A stretch of DNA of 64,000 nucleotides from Symsagittifera roscoffensis (lineage: Eukaryota): the NCBI RefSeq assembly GCF_963678635.1, contig NC_087064.1, positions 32,617,028-32,681,027 of the forward strand. The letters run 5' to 3'. Position numbers and translations under genes: made by a program. The notes under the pieces are model-generated. The model ran no database searches, was not told where the DNA came from, and saw nothing but the letters and a program-made list of their open reading frames with translations. This document shows, piece after piece, positions 35,251-47,959 of this stretch (position 1 is the stretch's first letter; the number at the start of each line of letters is the position of its first letter).

Positions 35251-36007
35251 TCTAATGATAATGGAAACACGCGTTAACCGCTGATGCAAATTGATACACT
35301 TCCGCGAGCAATTGTTATAATCGATGGCTCGATTTTATTTTCTCGAAAACAACTTTGCAGCATTAATCGTTGGAAGTTTAATTTTTCTAACCACATGTAA
35401 ATAGCCTTTCCGGCGTTTGTTGAACAGTTCATTGACATAGAAAAATTGGTAATATTCCAACGCATTTTAGTCAAAGATAGGAGTTAGGGTTTTTTCAGTT
35501 TTTGGTTTAAGTTTAGCTGTCTTATTTGCCCTGCTTTGATTGTTTTGAGCCCCTTGATCTTTCTTGCATATGTATTTCAGTTATCTTGCTCATTTTAAGT
35601 TTTAGCGGTGAAGATGAGTATTTTCCAAGGTCTTGCTTTCTATTTGTATGTCTTTTCACGAGCTTAGCGTAGTGTGGTAGCTTCTAAAAAAAATTTGAAT
35701 AAAAGTGCTTCTTTTCAGCGGCAATGTTGAATCAGTAAGAATCATTGGCACTTTCGTGATATGTGCTTTGACATCTGATTAGTAATAAGTTAACGCAGTT
35801 GATACGTTCTTAATTCGTCAATTGGAACAAAAAAAGCTATTTATTTCTTGCACCATTTTTACCCTTGCGATAAGCAAGAGTATTGCAATCGGGTACTAGA
35901 CTTTTTGGGCCTGTAAATAACTATGTTCACTGAAGAGTCAACATTATAAATTGTAAATTTAGGTTCAGTTCATATTGAATTCTATTTTTTTCGCGTATCC
36001 GTCACAT

Positions 36008-36062
36008 TTGGTCTGGAGGTAACGAATATGCCTGCGGCGGCCAAGGGTTCGAATCTCACAGG
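36008..36062 (+). repeat. tRNA-derived fragment, probably a SINE-head remnant and not a functional tRNA
   Basis: GGTCTGGAGGTAACGAATATGCCTGCGGCGGCCAAGGGTTCGAATCTCACAGGATC: D-loop-like and T-arm-like boxes, but no complete cloverleaf can be drawn. Confidence 0.35.
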
Positions 36063-37129
36063 ATCTGTTTTTTTTTTTCAAACGAGCAATATTCCGTCTC
36101 AAAAAAAATTGTCTGCTTATTATGTGTCTATATGTTTTGTCTCCTTAGTTGCCTTATTGTATTTTTTTTGTTTTACACAATTAATTTCTTTTTGCTTTAA
36201 ATGTTTTGATACATTTCTGCTATTTGTACTTCGTGTCTTCGTATATTTTCATTTTTTGTCTTTTCTTTCGCTTAGAAACTTTATTCTGCCCAAATGATTT
36301 CGGCTGAATCTTTATCGGCTTAATGACCTAATTTTCAGTCGTTTCAAAGGAAAAGTGTTATTGTTTTTTGCTCATTGGTTTGCATAAATTGCTCTAAATT
36401 TTATTGAAATTTTAGTTAGCTTTTTCTTGACGATATTTTGTTCGGCCTCATATTTTTCGGATAGGTTCTGTATTATATCGGTTTATGGCTCTATATGACG
36501 TGTTTCAACGAGCGAATCAACTTGTGCGCATGTGTGTGTTGAGGGCGAGGAGGAACTAATAATTGTTTATTAGTCTAAGTTTTTGGAATTTTTTATTGGC
36601 ATAATAGTTTTTGGTCTATATTATTTTGGCTTAGTGGTCTCCTGTTGTCTGATTTGACGAGCAATTAAAGTTTTGTGTGTGTGTTTTTAGGGTGAAGGGG
36701 ACTTGTTTTTTTTTCTTGGTTAAGTCTTGGCATGCAAAACTAGCGTTATTCATTCTGATAGATCTAGTTTGTTTTGATTTTTTTTTCGATTCTTTTCCCC
36801 GACTTTATTTATTACACGCAGAGTTAGTGCGGTTGCCTTTAGTTTATTGCATGCAAATGTTGAGGTTTCTGCATTTTAAAGCTCTTGAATCTTTGCCGCT
36901 TTCTCGCTTGTGTTTGCAAATTTACTTTTTCTAGTTCATTTTTCTGCATAAAATTTAGAAAAAACGATCGGTTTTGTTATTTTTGACTCAAATAACGTGC
37001 AAATTTTCTTTGTTTTTCTTTGACACCGTTTTGATGTGCGTCCGATTTCCGTTTTTTTCTTAAGAATTATGAAGGACTTCAAAAAGTTTTTGTTGAAAGT
37101 CATTTTGGTGACACTTAGCTCCATGCACT

Positions 37130-38560
37130 ACTTGAAATTTTCACTAACTGCAATTTGCTGCTCTTTTTGAAATTTTGCTGCACTTCTTGAAATTTTCACT
37201 AACTGTGCAATTTGCTGCTCTTTTTGAAATTTTGCTGCACTATTTGAAAATTTCACTAACTGTGCAATTTACTGCTCTTTTTGAAATTTTACTGCACTAC
37301 TTGAAATTTTCACTAACTGTGCACTTTGTTGCTCTTTCACTAACTTTGCAATTTGCTGCTTTTTAAAAAATTTTGCTGCACTACTTGAAATTTTCACTAA
37401 CTGTGCAATTTGCTGCTCTTTTTGAAATTTTACTGCACTACTTGAAATTTTCACTTACTGTGCACTTTGCTGCTCTTTCACTAACTGCGCAATTTGGTGC
37501 TCTTTTTGAAATTTTGCTGCACTACTTGAAATTTTCACTAACTGTGCAATTTGCTGCTCTTTTTGAAATTTTGCTGAACTACTTGAAATTTTCATTAACT
37601 GTGAACTTCGCTGCTCTTTCACTAACTGTGCAATTTGCTGCTTTTTTGAAATTTTGCTGCACTACTTGAAGTTTTCACTAACTGTACAATTTGCTGCTCT
37701 TTTTGAAATTTTGCTGCACTACTTGAAATTTTCACTAACTGTGCATTTTGTTGCTCTTTCACTAACTGTGCAATTTGCTGCTCTATTTGAAATTTTCACT
37801 AGCTGTGCAATTTGCTGCTCTTTTTGAAGTTTTGCTGCACTACTTGAAATTTTCATTAACTGTGAACTTCGCTGCTCTTTCAGTAACTGTGCAATTTGCT
37901 GCTTTTTTTGAAATTTTGCTGCACTACTTGAAGTTTTCACTAACTGTACAATTTGCTGCTCTTTTTGAAATTTTGCTGCACTACTTGAAATTTTCACAAT
38001 CTGTGCATTTTGTTGCTCTTTCACTAACTGTGCAATTTGCTGCTCTATTTGAAATTTTCACTAGCTGTGCAATTTGCTGCTCTTTTTGAAATTTTGCTGA
38101 ACTACTTGAAATTTTCATTAACTGTGAACTTCGCTGCTCTTTCACTAACTGTGCAATTTGCAGCTTTTTTTGAAATTTTGCTGCACTACTTGAAGTTTTC
38201 ACTAACTGTACATTTTGCTGCACGTTTTGAAATTTTGCTGCACTACTTGAAATTTTCACTAACTGTGCATTTTGTTGCTCTTTCACTAACTGTGCAATTT
38301 GCTGCACTATTTGAAATTTTCACTAGCTGTGCAATTTGCTGCTCTTTTTGAAGTTTTGCTGCACTACTTGAAATTTTCACGAACTATGCACTTTGTTGCT
38401 CTTTCACTAACTGTGCAATTTGCTGCTCTATTTGAAATTTTGCTGCACTACTTGAAATTTTCACTTACTGTGCAATTTGCTGCACTACTTGAAATTTTCA
38501 CTAACTGTGCACTTTGCTGCTCTTTCACTAACTGTGCAATTTGCTGCAACGATTTAAGTT
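37130..38560. repeat. Satellite: ~57-bp unit in higher-order arrangement, ~1.4 kb, inside an intron of the TSR/Ig gene
   Basis: TGCTGCACTACTTGAAATTTTCACTAACTGTGCAATTTGCTGCTCTTTTTGAAATTT repeated about 25 times with variant subunits (TGCACTTTGTTGCTCTTTCACTAACTGTG). Periodic pseudo-ORFs appear on both strands. Confidence 0.85.
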
Positions 38561-38620
38561 AACCAAGTGATTATTAGAATATTAGTCTTTGTCCTAAATC
38601 GTTTTGTTTTGGTGGTGCAG

Positions 38621-38792
38621 GCCTGTCATACTACGAACGTCGGTAAATCATGTGGGCGTGGAGTCAATACCAGGGACTTAGGATGTCAACAGAGACTGGC
38701 CGATGGTACCACTGTACAATCTCAACACTGTGACTTGAAAGATAAACCAAGTAGCTTCCGAGACTGCTACAAACCGTGTCCGGGAGATCAGT
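38621..38792 (+). CDS. Exon: another TSP1 repeat
   Basis: Acceptor GGTGGTGCAG|GCC. Encodes ACHTTNVGKSCGRGVNTRDLGCQQRLADGTTVQSQHCDLKDKPSSFRDCYKPCPGDQ. Donor T|GTAATT gives phase 1. Confidence 0.55.
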
Positions 38793-38858
38793 GTAATTTT
38801 TTTTCAGATTTAATTGCTGCTTTGTTTACTAAGAAGTTAATAGTAAGGTTATTTTAAG

Positions 38859-39170
38859 TGCTGAACTTGACAGTTTTCAATCTCTCTCGGACGTTCTTCG
38901 TCAAAAAGGGACAACCAGTGAATTTGTCATGTGCCTTGGACTGCCGATTTCCAGGCTCAACTTTTTCGTGGAAAATAAATGGCGAACTGGACAAGACGAG
39001 ATTATCGGCGAAGAAAGATTATTATATTGACAGCTTTGAACCCGAGAATCAAGCTGGCCTTTATACGTGCTCTATAAACATTCCAGAAATCTGTTACTCC
39101 AGGCATAATAAAGCAAATACTAGTCCAGAATGCAGATGCCAAAAACAGCTCAATTTCACGCTTATCTTCC
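38859..39170 (+). CDS. Exon: immunoglobulin-like (I-set/V-like) domain
   Basis: 66-nt intron with TTTTAAG acceptor, and phase 1 matches the previous donor. Encodes LLNLTVFNLSRTFFVKKGQPVNLSCAL...STFSWKINGEL...YYIDSFEPENQAGLYTCSINIPEI, with the Ig hallmarks C...W...Y.C. Donor C|GTAAGT at 39171 (phase 1). Confidence 0.6.
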
Positions 39171-39343
39171 GTAAGTTTTATTTGCTCGTTTTAAACTTTG
39201 CGTGCATTTTTGCGCCTTTAAAAATAATGCTGGAGTAAATAAAACATTAACACTTCTGTAACATGTCTTGATTGGAAAAGTTTTGAAGACAGAAAAGAGA
39301 ATACTTTGAAGTTGATCAAGATTTTTATCTTGTTTGTGTTCAG

Positions 39344-39495
39344 TTGAAGATGAAGCGAGGCAAATTTTCCAGAAGGCCCCTCAGCTCAGCACAAGTCCGG
39401 AAACTATTGAGACCAAATCAGAGGACTTAAATGGAGAATGCTACCGGGGCAATTGTTCCATAGAGTGGATAACCTCAGCTTGGCCCTCGCTTGAG
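39344..39495 (+). CDS. Exon: linker plus start of the final TSR (WxxSxW)
   Basis: Acceptor TGTTTGTGTTCAG at 39343, phase 1 consistent. Encodes LEDEARQIFQKAPQLSTSPETIETKSEDLNGECYRGNCSIEWITSAWPSLE. Donor GAG|GTAAAT. Confidence 0.55.
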
Positions 39496-40103
39496 GTAAA
39501 TTTCCTCTCATTTAGAAGTTTGGAAGCTACGCTGTATTTGTTCCATCAAGTAACTGTTTGCAAGATCAATTTAATGTTGAAGCTGAGAGGTTTTGATAAG
39601 AAGTTTCGAGAAAAAAATTAAATCGAAATCGTCTCGAACTACGATGTTCAACTTGCCTGTTTGGATCAATCTGATCTCAAACGTTAACTCTTTCTATTGA
39701 GCTGTTTTTTTTACACAATAAACGCTGTGAATATAAAATAAGTATTTTTTTTACAAACTACCTTGCATGAGTTAAAGCTTAATTTAGCTTGTGTTTTATC
39801 CGCTGTGTTTAAGTCATGTATGTACTCTAGTTGCTTGATGGAACTGGTGGTTCAGCCAGGAAGACGTATGCTTCAAAATTCGGAAGCCTGAGATTTGAAA
39901 AGCAGAGAGGGAAACTGCTTATTTACTTTTTTTGTTTTTTCTTTCTTGCAGTTTTGAAGCTCCTGTTTTCCATGCTTTTTTGCTTGCGGTCGCGAAGCGC
40001 AGCTTTGCCTGTTTAAAGGATATGGAATTCAGTGCATTTTTGATGCTTTGTCTTTCATTTGTTTAAGCTGCTTCTGTGAGACAAAAAGCGCTTATTTTTT
40101 CAG

Positions 40104-40298
40104 TGCTATCAACGTGAGGATAATGAAGATGGAGAGGAAACAAGCAAAAGCCAGACATCAAATTTGTGCACAAAGAGAGAACAGCGCCTTGTATGGTGTG
40201 GTGTGGATAGTCCAGAAAGCAGCTCAGTTGTCGACCCCTCTAACTGCAATCCAGAGCTGAAGCCAGAAGAAATGCGAGATTGTCTCATCGAATGTTAA
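40104..40298 (+). CDS. Terminal exon: C-terminal half of a TSR, then stop
   Basis: Acceptor CTTATTTTTTCAG|TGC. Encodes CYQREDNEDGEETSKSQTSNLCTKREQRLVWCGVDSPESSSVVDPSNCNPELKPEEMRDCLIEC*. AATAAA-like signal ~220 nt downstream (GTTAATAAACT ~40515-40523). Confidence 0.55.
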   Translation, partial: CYQREDNEDGEETSKSQTSNLCTKREQRLVWCGVDSPESSSVVDPSNCNPELKPEEMRDCLIEC

Positions 40299-40894
40299 CC
40301 ATAGTCGAGTTGTCATGCTTTCGCTAACACTTTTGTGCAACCATGTCTATCTCTATAATTGAAAATATTTTTATATGCAACTGTTTTGTTTCACGAATCA
40401 CAATTGGTCAAGACTGTTTAGCAGCCGTATCATCGAAAAGGGAAAAGTGGCTACGAACTTTGCCTCTCAGTTGAAAGATTGGTGGTTTGAAGTCCAACAC
40501 TATACATTCTGAAGAGTTAATAAACTAAGTGAGTTTTCACTAATTTAGGTCTAGTAGTTTTGATAGTTTTGTTTTTAGGTTATCGGTTGGACTTTTCTAG
40601 TTCGTTTACTTCAAATTCATTTGTTGAATCCAGGTCAATTCAAGCCCTCTAATAAAAAACTGTGATTGGCTCAAAAAAACGTGAACGAATTTAGGTTTCT
40701 GAAGTGATTTTTTCTAGAATTTGCAGCGGAATAATAAAAATACTTATTGATCCGGATCTACTTAACAATCGCCCTCCTTTTGGTATCTACGTAAGAATTT
40801 TGGTATCTACGTAAGAATTTCGACCCCTGTTAATAAAAGCAGTAAATTAGCGCTAGAGGTTTGTATTGAGAATAATAATTTTTTGGAATTTAAA

Positions 40895-42075
40895 GGAGGG
40901 AAACTGCTTATTTACTTATTGTTTTTTTTCTTGCAGTTGTAACAGAACTTTTTGAAAATTTTATATAAAAAAGCCGAAAAAACAAGAATTTTTTACAACA
41001 TTGTTTTCTTCTTAACAATGGGGGGGGGGGGAGCAATTGTTAAGTAGATTTATTGAGCCCGTTTTCTCAGATTGATTAAATTCATTTTTCCATTGAAAAT
41101 GCGTTTTTGAAATTTGGCATTTTCCGGTATTCTTCGGTTCCTCTAACTTTCCCATCTGTCTGTTTGCGAAGTTCGCGTGCATTCCCATTTTTCATTTTGG
41201 TTGTGCACGCAAGCGAAGCGTAGAAAAAAATCGCGTTTGGTAATTTCGATCAAAATCAAAAAAGGTAGAAATTGACTTTTTTTGTAGTTTTTTTATTTCG
41301 TCCCAATATTTGACGGTTATTTGTCAATTCAATTTATTCAATTCATTGTTTTATCCAATTCAATTTTGAAGAACGAAACTATATTTAACGGTTTTTTTAG
41401 TTTCTCTACACGCTAAAAGTATCAGTTAGAAAATGAAAAATTTTAAAGTGATTTTTTGTTTGACTTTTTTGAATGCTCTTTTCATTTTTTTGAATGCTTG
41501 GTTTCGTTTTTTGTTCCGAAAGGACTGGCAGTTAGCTAAAAGTAATGAAAAGTTTTGTTTGGCAATTTTGACTTTACTGTTTTGTCTACGAAGGTATTTT
41601 CTTATATTCTATCAAACATCTGGCGTAGAGGTATCACAAAGAGGCACAATCTACTGGCTCGAATCCGGCCGGGGTCTGTGTTTTTTGTAAACTTCATCTG
41701 TTGCTTTTTCGGACTATGGTTCGTTTGTTTATTTTTCTCGGCTCAGTTCCCGCAGAAAAGATTTTTTTTTGAAAATTCGGCTTCTTTCTAGCATTCCCAA
41801 AGCTTCTTGTGAAGTTTCTAATCGAACAGGTAGTTTTGTTCCGGACTTTTTTTGGCTTTTTTGCAATTTTAATATTTTATTTTGGATTTTTGATTTTTCT
41901 TGTCATTTGATTTTAATCTTAGTCATTCATTTTTGTTTTGCTAGTGGTGAGAATTTCAGCTTCGCCTCTGTGTTTAGATTTATATAGGGTCAATGAACGA
42001 AGTGAAGACACTACTTAAGTAGTGTTGTTTTTTCGGCTTTTTTATATTAAATTTTAAAAAGTTCTGTTACAAGAA
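40895..42075. mobile_element. ~1.2-kb segment bounded by ~65-bp terminal inverted repeats (candidate non-autonomous DNA element)
   Basis: 40915-40978 (CTTGCAGTTGTAACAGAACTTTTTGAAAATTTTATATAAAAAAGCCGAAAAAAC) is the reverse complement of 42012-42072. The interior holds SINE-tail motifs (41165-41230, 41950-41990). Confidence 0.35.
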
Positions 42076-42784
42076 AAATTGGACTGATTTTTGCTAGTCA
42101 GACTCAAATCAGTGTAGGTAAGTTGTCTGAATTCTCAGCATCCTCATTCCAACGACGATTTTTAGACAAAGTTAGCTCGAGAAAATCGACATTACCTCGA
42201 GGATTAGGCAAGCCTATCTGTTTTATCTATCGTTGGAAGAAACATACACATGAACATTTTTAACACCATTTTAGGTACATCGGGGAACTAGTTGATATTT
42301 TGTAGTAGTACATTGAAGCCATTTCAGTCGTGATTCTGATTCCAAAAAAATCAATAATTGTTTTTGTGTCAAGAAATCATTTAACTAATATGACGCCAAA
42401 ATTTTTTGAAATTTCAAGCCTTTTTTTTCTTTTTTCTGGCGTTGAGTTTCAAGTCTCTTATGATTAAACTGAAGAAAAATAGTGTTTTGTTTCTTTTATA
42501 ACTTTTTCCTATGTTACCGTGCTCAGAACCTCCTGTGCTACTGGCCCAGCAACCGAACTTGTATCTAGTTAGCGTATCTTTTTGAATTTCCCTTTTCGCA
42601 GAATCATCTGTGTCAAGTATGTTATCGTCTTTTAAAGCTCTTTTTACCATGGCTTCTTATTTTCGATTGCACCTTAATCTTGTCTTGTATTGGCGAGTAT
42701 TCATCAAATGCATCATCAGAGTTATTCAATTTTCTCACGTAAAATGTTTTTTTTTGATTTCATGGTCATTAGGCTGCCAAAATA

Positions 42785-43530
42785 CAGTGCTGATTTAAAT
42801 TAACCGGACAAAACGCGTTAAACTTGAAATTTAAAACGAGTTTTTCTCAAATTGGGTTCAGTTTAGGTGAAAACTTATGAAGACAAGAGTTGCTTGAAAT
42901 TTTTGCAGAATTAATATGGTGTAATTTGTTTTGCAAAATTCGGGCCCAAAATTTTACCCCAAAAATGGGTCATTTTGGCTTTTCTTAGTTAATCAAAAAT
43001 TACGCCAAAAATACCCAGTCGATCACAGACATAGTTATATCAAAGAGAGCGCCTTACGTTGCCCAACAAACTTTCAGAAGGGTATATTCTCAAAAAAATG
43101 CAAACCGTTTAAAAATTGTTTTTAAAATAAAAAGTTGATGTTTTATATAGTAAAAACGACCTTTTTTGTCTATCAACCAAAAAAATTTATTAACTTATTC
43201 AATGTTTTGGTGAATATACCCTTCTTAAAGTTTGTTGGGCTACGCAAGGCGGCACTCTCTTTGATTTAATTATGTCTGTGATCGACTGGGTATTTTTGGC
43301 GTAATTTTTGATTAACTAAGAAAAGCCAAAATGACCCATTTTTGGGGTAAAATTTTGGGCCCGAATTTTGCAAAACAAATTACGCCATATTAATTCTGCA
43401 AAAATTTCAAGCAACTCTTGTCTTCATAAGTTTTCACCTAAACTGAACCCAATTTGAGAAAAACGCGTTTTAAGTTTCAAGTTAAACGCATTTTATCTGG
43501 TTAATGTCCGGTTAATTTAAATCAGCACTG
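42785..43530. mobile_element. Foldback element, copy 1: 746-bp near-perfect palindrome
   Basis: CAGTGCTGATTTAAATTAACCGGACAAAAC...GTTTTGTCCGGTTAATTTAAATCAGCACTG. The arms 42785-43140 and 43175-43530 are reverse complements with very few mismatches. Flanked by TA on both sides. Confidence 0.8.
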
Positions 43531-44479
43531 TATTGCAGTTAGTTGCGTTTCATCTGACAGCAATTTTTTAAATTCATTAAAACACATGAATAATTTGAAT
43601 TAATAAGTAGGTCTAATGTATCACCACCTGCATTATCACTGAAATGACTGTTTGATAACTGAACATAGGACTGGTGTTAGTTGCTGAAAAGTCCTCCTTT
43701 TACGGTCATATGCGTTTCATCTCTGCCAGCTTGAACCTACAATTTGGACAAATATGCACAATATCCTGGCAAGGGGTGCACACAAAGGGTAGCCAGAAAA
43801 GGGGACAGAATAAGAAAGCCAGCAGGAATGACCAGAGCCAGGTTGCCAGTCCTATTTGTGTGCGGGTGAATGACCAGACATTCTGGTTACAGTTTGGACA
43901 GTAGAAGCCCATGGGCTCGTCCACTATCAGGTAGGGTCTTATGTACTGTGTGCTGGCCGTGTAGGCAGTTGGCTGCGCGTAGAAATGCTCTCCTAAATAG
44001 TGTCATGATTTATAAATAGTGTTATGAAAAATCTGATTAATTAAGTTTTCTTAGGTACAACTGATTGTAATTACTATCAAATTTAAAATAAAAATTAAAA
44101 AAACAGGAAACTTTTATCGTGAATGTAAATTTTGATCCGAATACGTGAAAATTCAGCCCTTTAAGTCCTATAGGTAGATTTGACCTAAAGTTGATCTAAA
44201 TTTGTCCCATCCTCTCAAATAAGTTGTACTGCAGATATTGTAATTTTTTAAAGCATGATTTCAGTAGCTGTTATTTTTTTACGAAAATTTTCCCCGCATT
44301 TTCAATTTAGTGTGCGGATTAATATATTTTAATGATTTATTCTCAATTTTCAACGAAACGTTTAGTCAATATTTTATTCTGAAAATTCATTGTTTTGCTT
44401 TGTAAAAAACTTGGCAATTTTTAGCCTCTATTGGCAATTTGTTGACACTTTTTTGCCTTCATTGGCAATTTGATACCCC

Positions 44480-44745
44480 GTGTTTATCTGCCTTATTAGT
44501 GGTTAGTGGGACCGTCTACGGCAAAATGGATGACATCTATCTCCCCCTCGGAAGCAAGACCCGAGATTGGGACCGGGGGCAATTAAAAAAGGAAATGGGA
44601 CTCTTAATCTCAAGGTTGCGGGTTTGATTCCATTTCATGGCAAAAGTTTTTTTCAAGGCCTGTTCTCACTTAAGAGTTATTTTTCGGCGTTTTGTTGCTT
44701 GTGTTTGCGAAGTGCAGCTTCGCATCTGTGGTCTCAGCACCAAAA
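44480..44745 (+). mobile_element. SINE-like copy with tRNA-like head and GCGAAG tail
   Basis: ...GGGACTCTTAATCTCAAGGTTGCGGGTTTGATTCCATTTCATGG then ...GTGTTTGCGAAGTGCAGCTTCGCATCTGTGG. Confidence 0.45.
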
Positions 44746-44819
44746 GCTTTAGCTTTTTTTTTCTAACATTTAGAATGAATAACCTTCTGAATAACGTTCC
44801 TAATGGAGCAGATGAGATC

Positions 44820-44820
<1 letters not shown>

Positions 44821-44851
<31 letters not shown>

Positions 44852-44872
44852 AAGATAGAGAGAAAAAAGGGT
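44821..44872. repeat. (GA)n / (AGAA)n microsatellite
   Basis: GAGAAAGAGAGAGAGAGAGAGAGAGAGAAAGAAAGATAGAGAG. Confidence 0.9.
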
Positions 44873-47696
44873 CTAATTCTTTCAACAGAATATTAAACAT
44901 AGAAATAGCAGACATTTTGCCTTTTTTTAATGATTTTTTTTTCGGTTTAGTTGCCTCATGAAGCGTCGTTAATTTAACAACGTTCGTCTGCCCCGTTACC
45001 TCTTGATAAGTTTTATTTAATAATAAATTTATCACTGCTAGTTGTTTTTTTTTGGAAAATTTTTTCCTCCAATTGAACGTACTAAATGAATCGAAATTTG
45101 GGTTGAATTTTGATCATTTTTTCAAATTTTTTTGGCTCACTGGTTTTCGTTTTTGTTGTTTTGAATATTTGTTTTGCCATTAAGAGTAGATGAACATAGT
45201 GAAGTCACCAATATAGTTCGAGATAGTTTTTTTTCGATTTTTGCGGTTTGATTTTTTGAATAAACTTGCGAGAGCAAGTGTCTTGTAATGGGGAACTAGA
45301 CTATTTTCCGCGTAAAAAACTATACTTATGAGAAATTGAACTTATTTTTATCATTGAATCGTAACAACTTCTAGGTTCCATCGCATTTAGCCTAAAGGTA
45401 ACACGGCTGCTTTTGCATCCTATGGTGTGGCTTCGATTCACGGCAAGACCTTGTTTTTTCAGTATGTAAAATTGAATTTTTTTCCGGTAAAAATTAAATA
45501 GTTGGACTTTCGTTTGTCTGCTCAAGTTCTGTCGGCTTAGGTGCCACATCTATGATTTTTTCTTAGCTGTAAGCAAGAATCATGGTAATTGCAAGTGTTG
45601 TTCCTTCTAGTTTCAGGAGAGAGTGACTTGAAACTTTTTAAAGTTTCATAATAATAATAAAGCGTTTTTTCAGCTCAACTAGTGTCTGCTCAAAAGATTG
45701 TCGTCTTTGTTTCCGCTTTCGTAAAATGTTCCTATGCTTATTTAAAATTCAAATGTCATGCTTGACATGTTTGCCTAGACTTCTTGTGTGATAAAAACAG
45801 GTATTATGAAAATGATTGGGTTTTTTTTATTTTTTAATTTTTTGAGACGCTTTGGTAAATTTTGCGGAATTTTTAAAAAGGTAATCAAAAAACCCTTTTA
45901 AAAATCAAGGTCATCAAAGGTAATAAAACACCGGTTAATCAAAAAAGGGTATCAATGGAAAGACCGCCTACTCCCCTGCGAAAATCTCCTCTGCGCAAGC
46001 GGCTTGGGCCAATTTTACACATAAAGCTAGGATTCTCAGTAAAATCACATTATTGATTTGACCGTTTTTTGGAAACTTTTTAGCTTTTCTCACAAACTAC
46101 GCCGCCAATTCTCAAGATAAGTGTGCAATCGCGAAACCCGGTTTATGGAATTTTTTCTGCTTTAGCGACCATGACCTACTTTTTGCAGAAAAACAATTAT
46201 TGATAGCGGAAATTCAAGTTTTTGAAGTTTTGACGTTTTTATAAATTTTTTGAATTTACTTAAAACCTACCCTTTCGAAAGAATCGGTTGTGAGACTTTT
46301 TCTGTAGAAGTGGCGACGCCTAAATTTTTTGTAAGAAAAATGTTGTGTCTTTGGGAAACTTTCAATATCTCAAAAATTTTCAATCTTCTCACCTATTTTA
46401 TTAGAGAAACTAAGATTTCGGGCGAAGTCCAATATTTGATATTACTCATTTCATCCCGCATCAAAAGAACAAATTAAAAAATATCAAACACATATTTTAG
46501 TAGGGCCTCTAAAATTGTTTTATCGAGACATAAAGACAATTTTCGTTCACCTAGTTTTTTTTCAACATTTTTCATTTTTTTTCTACTTATGTTTTTTGTT
46601 TGTTTTTATGGTATTGCATGTGGTGCGAAGCTCCACTTCGTCTCGATGCTTATTTTGAAGTCCAGTTCCTTTCCTTCAAAAAATGAAGGCAAATTTGCTA
46701 TCAAATAGCAAAAGTAACAAGGTCACGAAAAACATGATTGTCTTCTAGTTTAGCAAGTGGAATTTAATTTCAGATTTTCCAGCGGAATTTTTTTTAAACC
46801 TATAAATCCAGTTTGCTAGATGGGATAATTTTATCAAAAAACAGCCAACTATAGTTTTTCTGGAAATGCGAAGGTTTTTAAGGCCATAGATTTATTACTT
46901 TGTGATTCGAAAGTTGAATGTTTTTTTTTTTCAAGAAAGAATTTAGTGTTTTCTCTGTTTCCTTGCGCTCATTGACTCGTTTCCAACTGTCTGTTTTTTT
47001 TTCTTTGACTTTGCATTTTAATAGTCCGAAGCTTCGCTCGCCCTCTGTGTCTACTTTTGAATGGTGCAATACTTTAAGCTACTAACCATCTTCTCTGCTA
47101 CTAACTATTTTCTCTGCACCAGTTTTGTATCGCAACTGGTGCAAAGCTCCTGCTTGGCCTGTGTTTGAAGTTTTTTTGCCGTAATCGAAATGAACGCCAG
47201 CTTTCTTGTCGTTCCGAAACTCGGGTTGAAAAATATATCGCTGCGTTGGAATTCTATTTTCGGTCTAAATAAATGAAATTCATTTCGGGTTTGGTAGAAT
47301 TTTGTGTTTCCTTTTGAAACTGGAAAGTTGAAAAATGTACAAAATAACTTGAATAATTTATTTTCGGTTTCATTGAGTTCATTAACACTGATCCCATTGC
47401 CTGTTGGTTATGTTTTGAGATTTTGTAGGAATGCAACTTTCAAAAAATACAAGCGCTTCTGTAAAAAGCGCTTGTGAAAATTTAAGGCGAAGAATTTTTT
47501 TTTTGAATTTGCTGTTTTTTAGTTTATTAGATATAAGGAAAGTTAATGTAGTCGCTATTTGACATAAAAGTTGAGCAGATCTTCAAATTTTGCGAAAACT
47601 TAGTTTCAACCGAAAAAAAAATTTCACTAAAATTATGTGATTTTTATTTGTCCCAAACTGATTTTTGTTGCTCTGGCGATTCTTCAGAACCACTAT

Positions 47697-47772
<76 letters not shown>

Positions 47773-47812
47773 ATCTATATCTATCTATACCTATCTATAT
47801 CTATCTATACTA
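47697..47812. repeat. (TATC)n microsatellite, about 25 units, with degenerate 3' part
   Basis: TTATCTATCTATCTATCTATC... runs of CTAT; produces the spurious ORFs 47637-47872. Confidence 0.9.
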
Positions 47813-47959
47813 TATTTAACTGCTAGTGACAGCTATCTCCCATGTTTAAGCATAATATTTTTGCATGTTTAACGAAAGAATTTTTGCACGTTTAAGCTAT
47901 ATCGTATATTGCAATGGTTAATTTTTTTCGACTTTCCAGTTTGAATTCAGTGATTATTC

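Noticed and set aside
37175-38562. Series of about 100-aa ORFs (MLHYLKFSLTVQFAALFEILL...) on both strands
   Set aside because: Generated by the 57-bp satellite; same periodicity argument as the 48-bp array.
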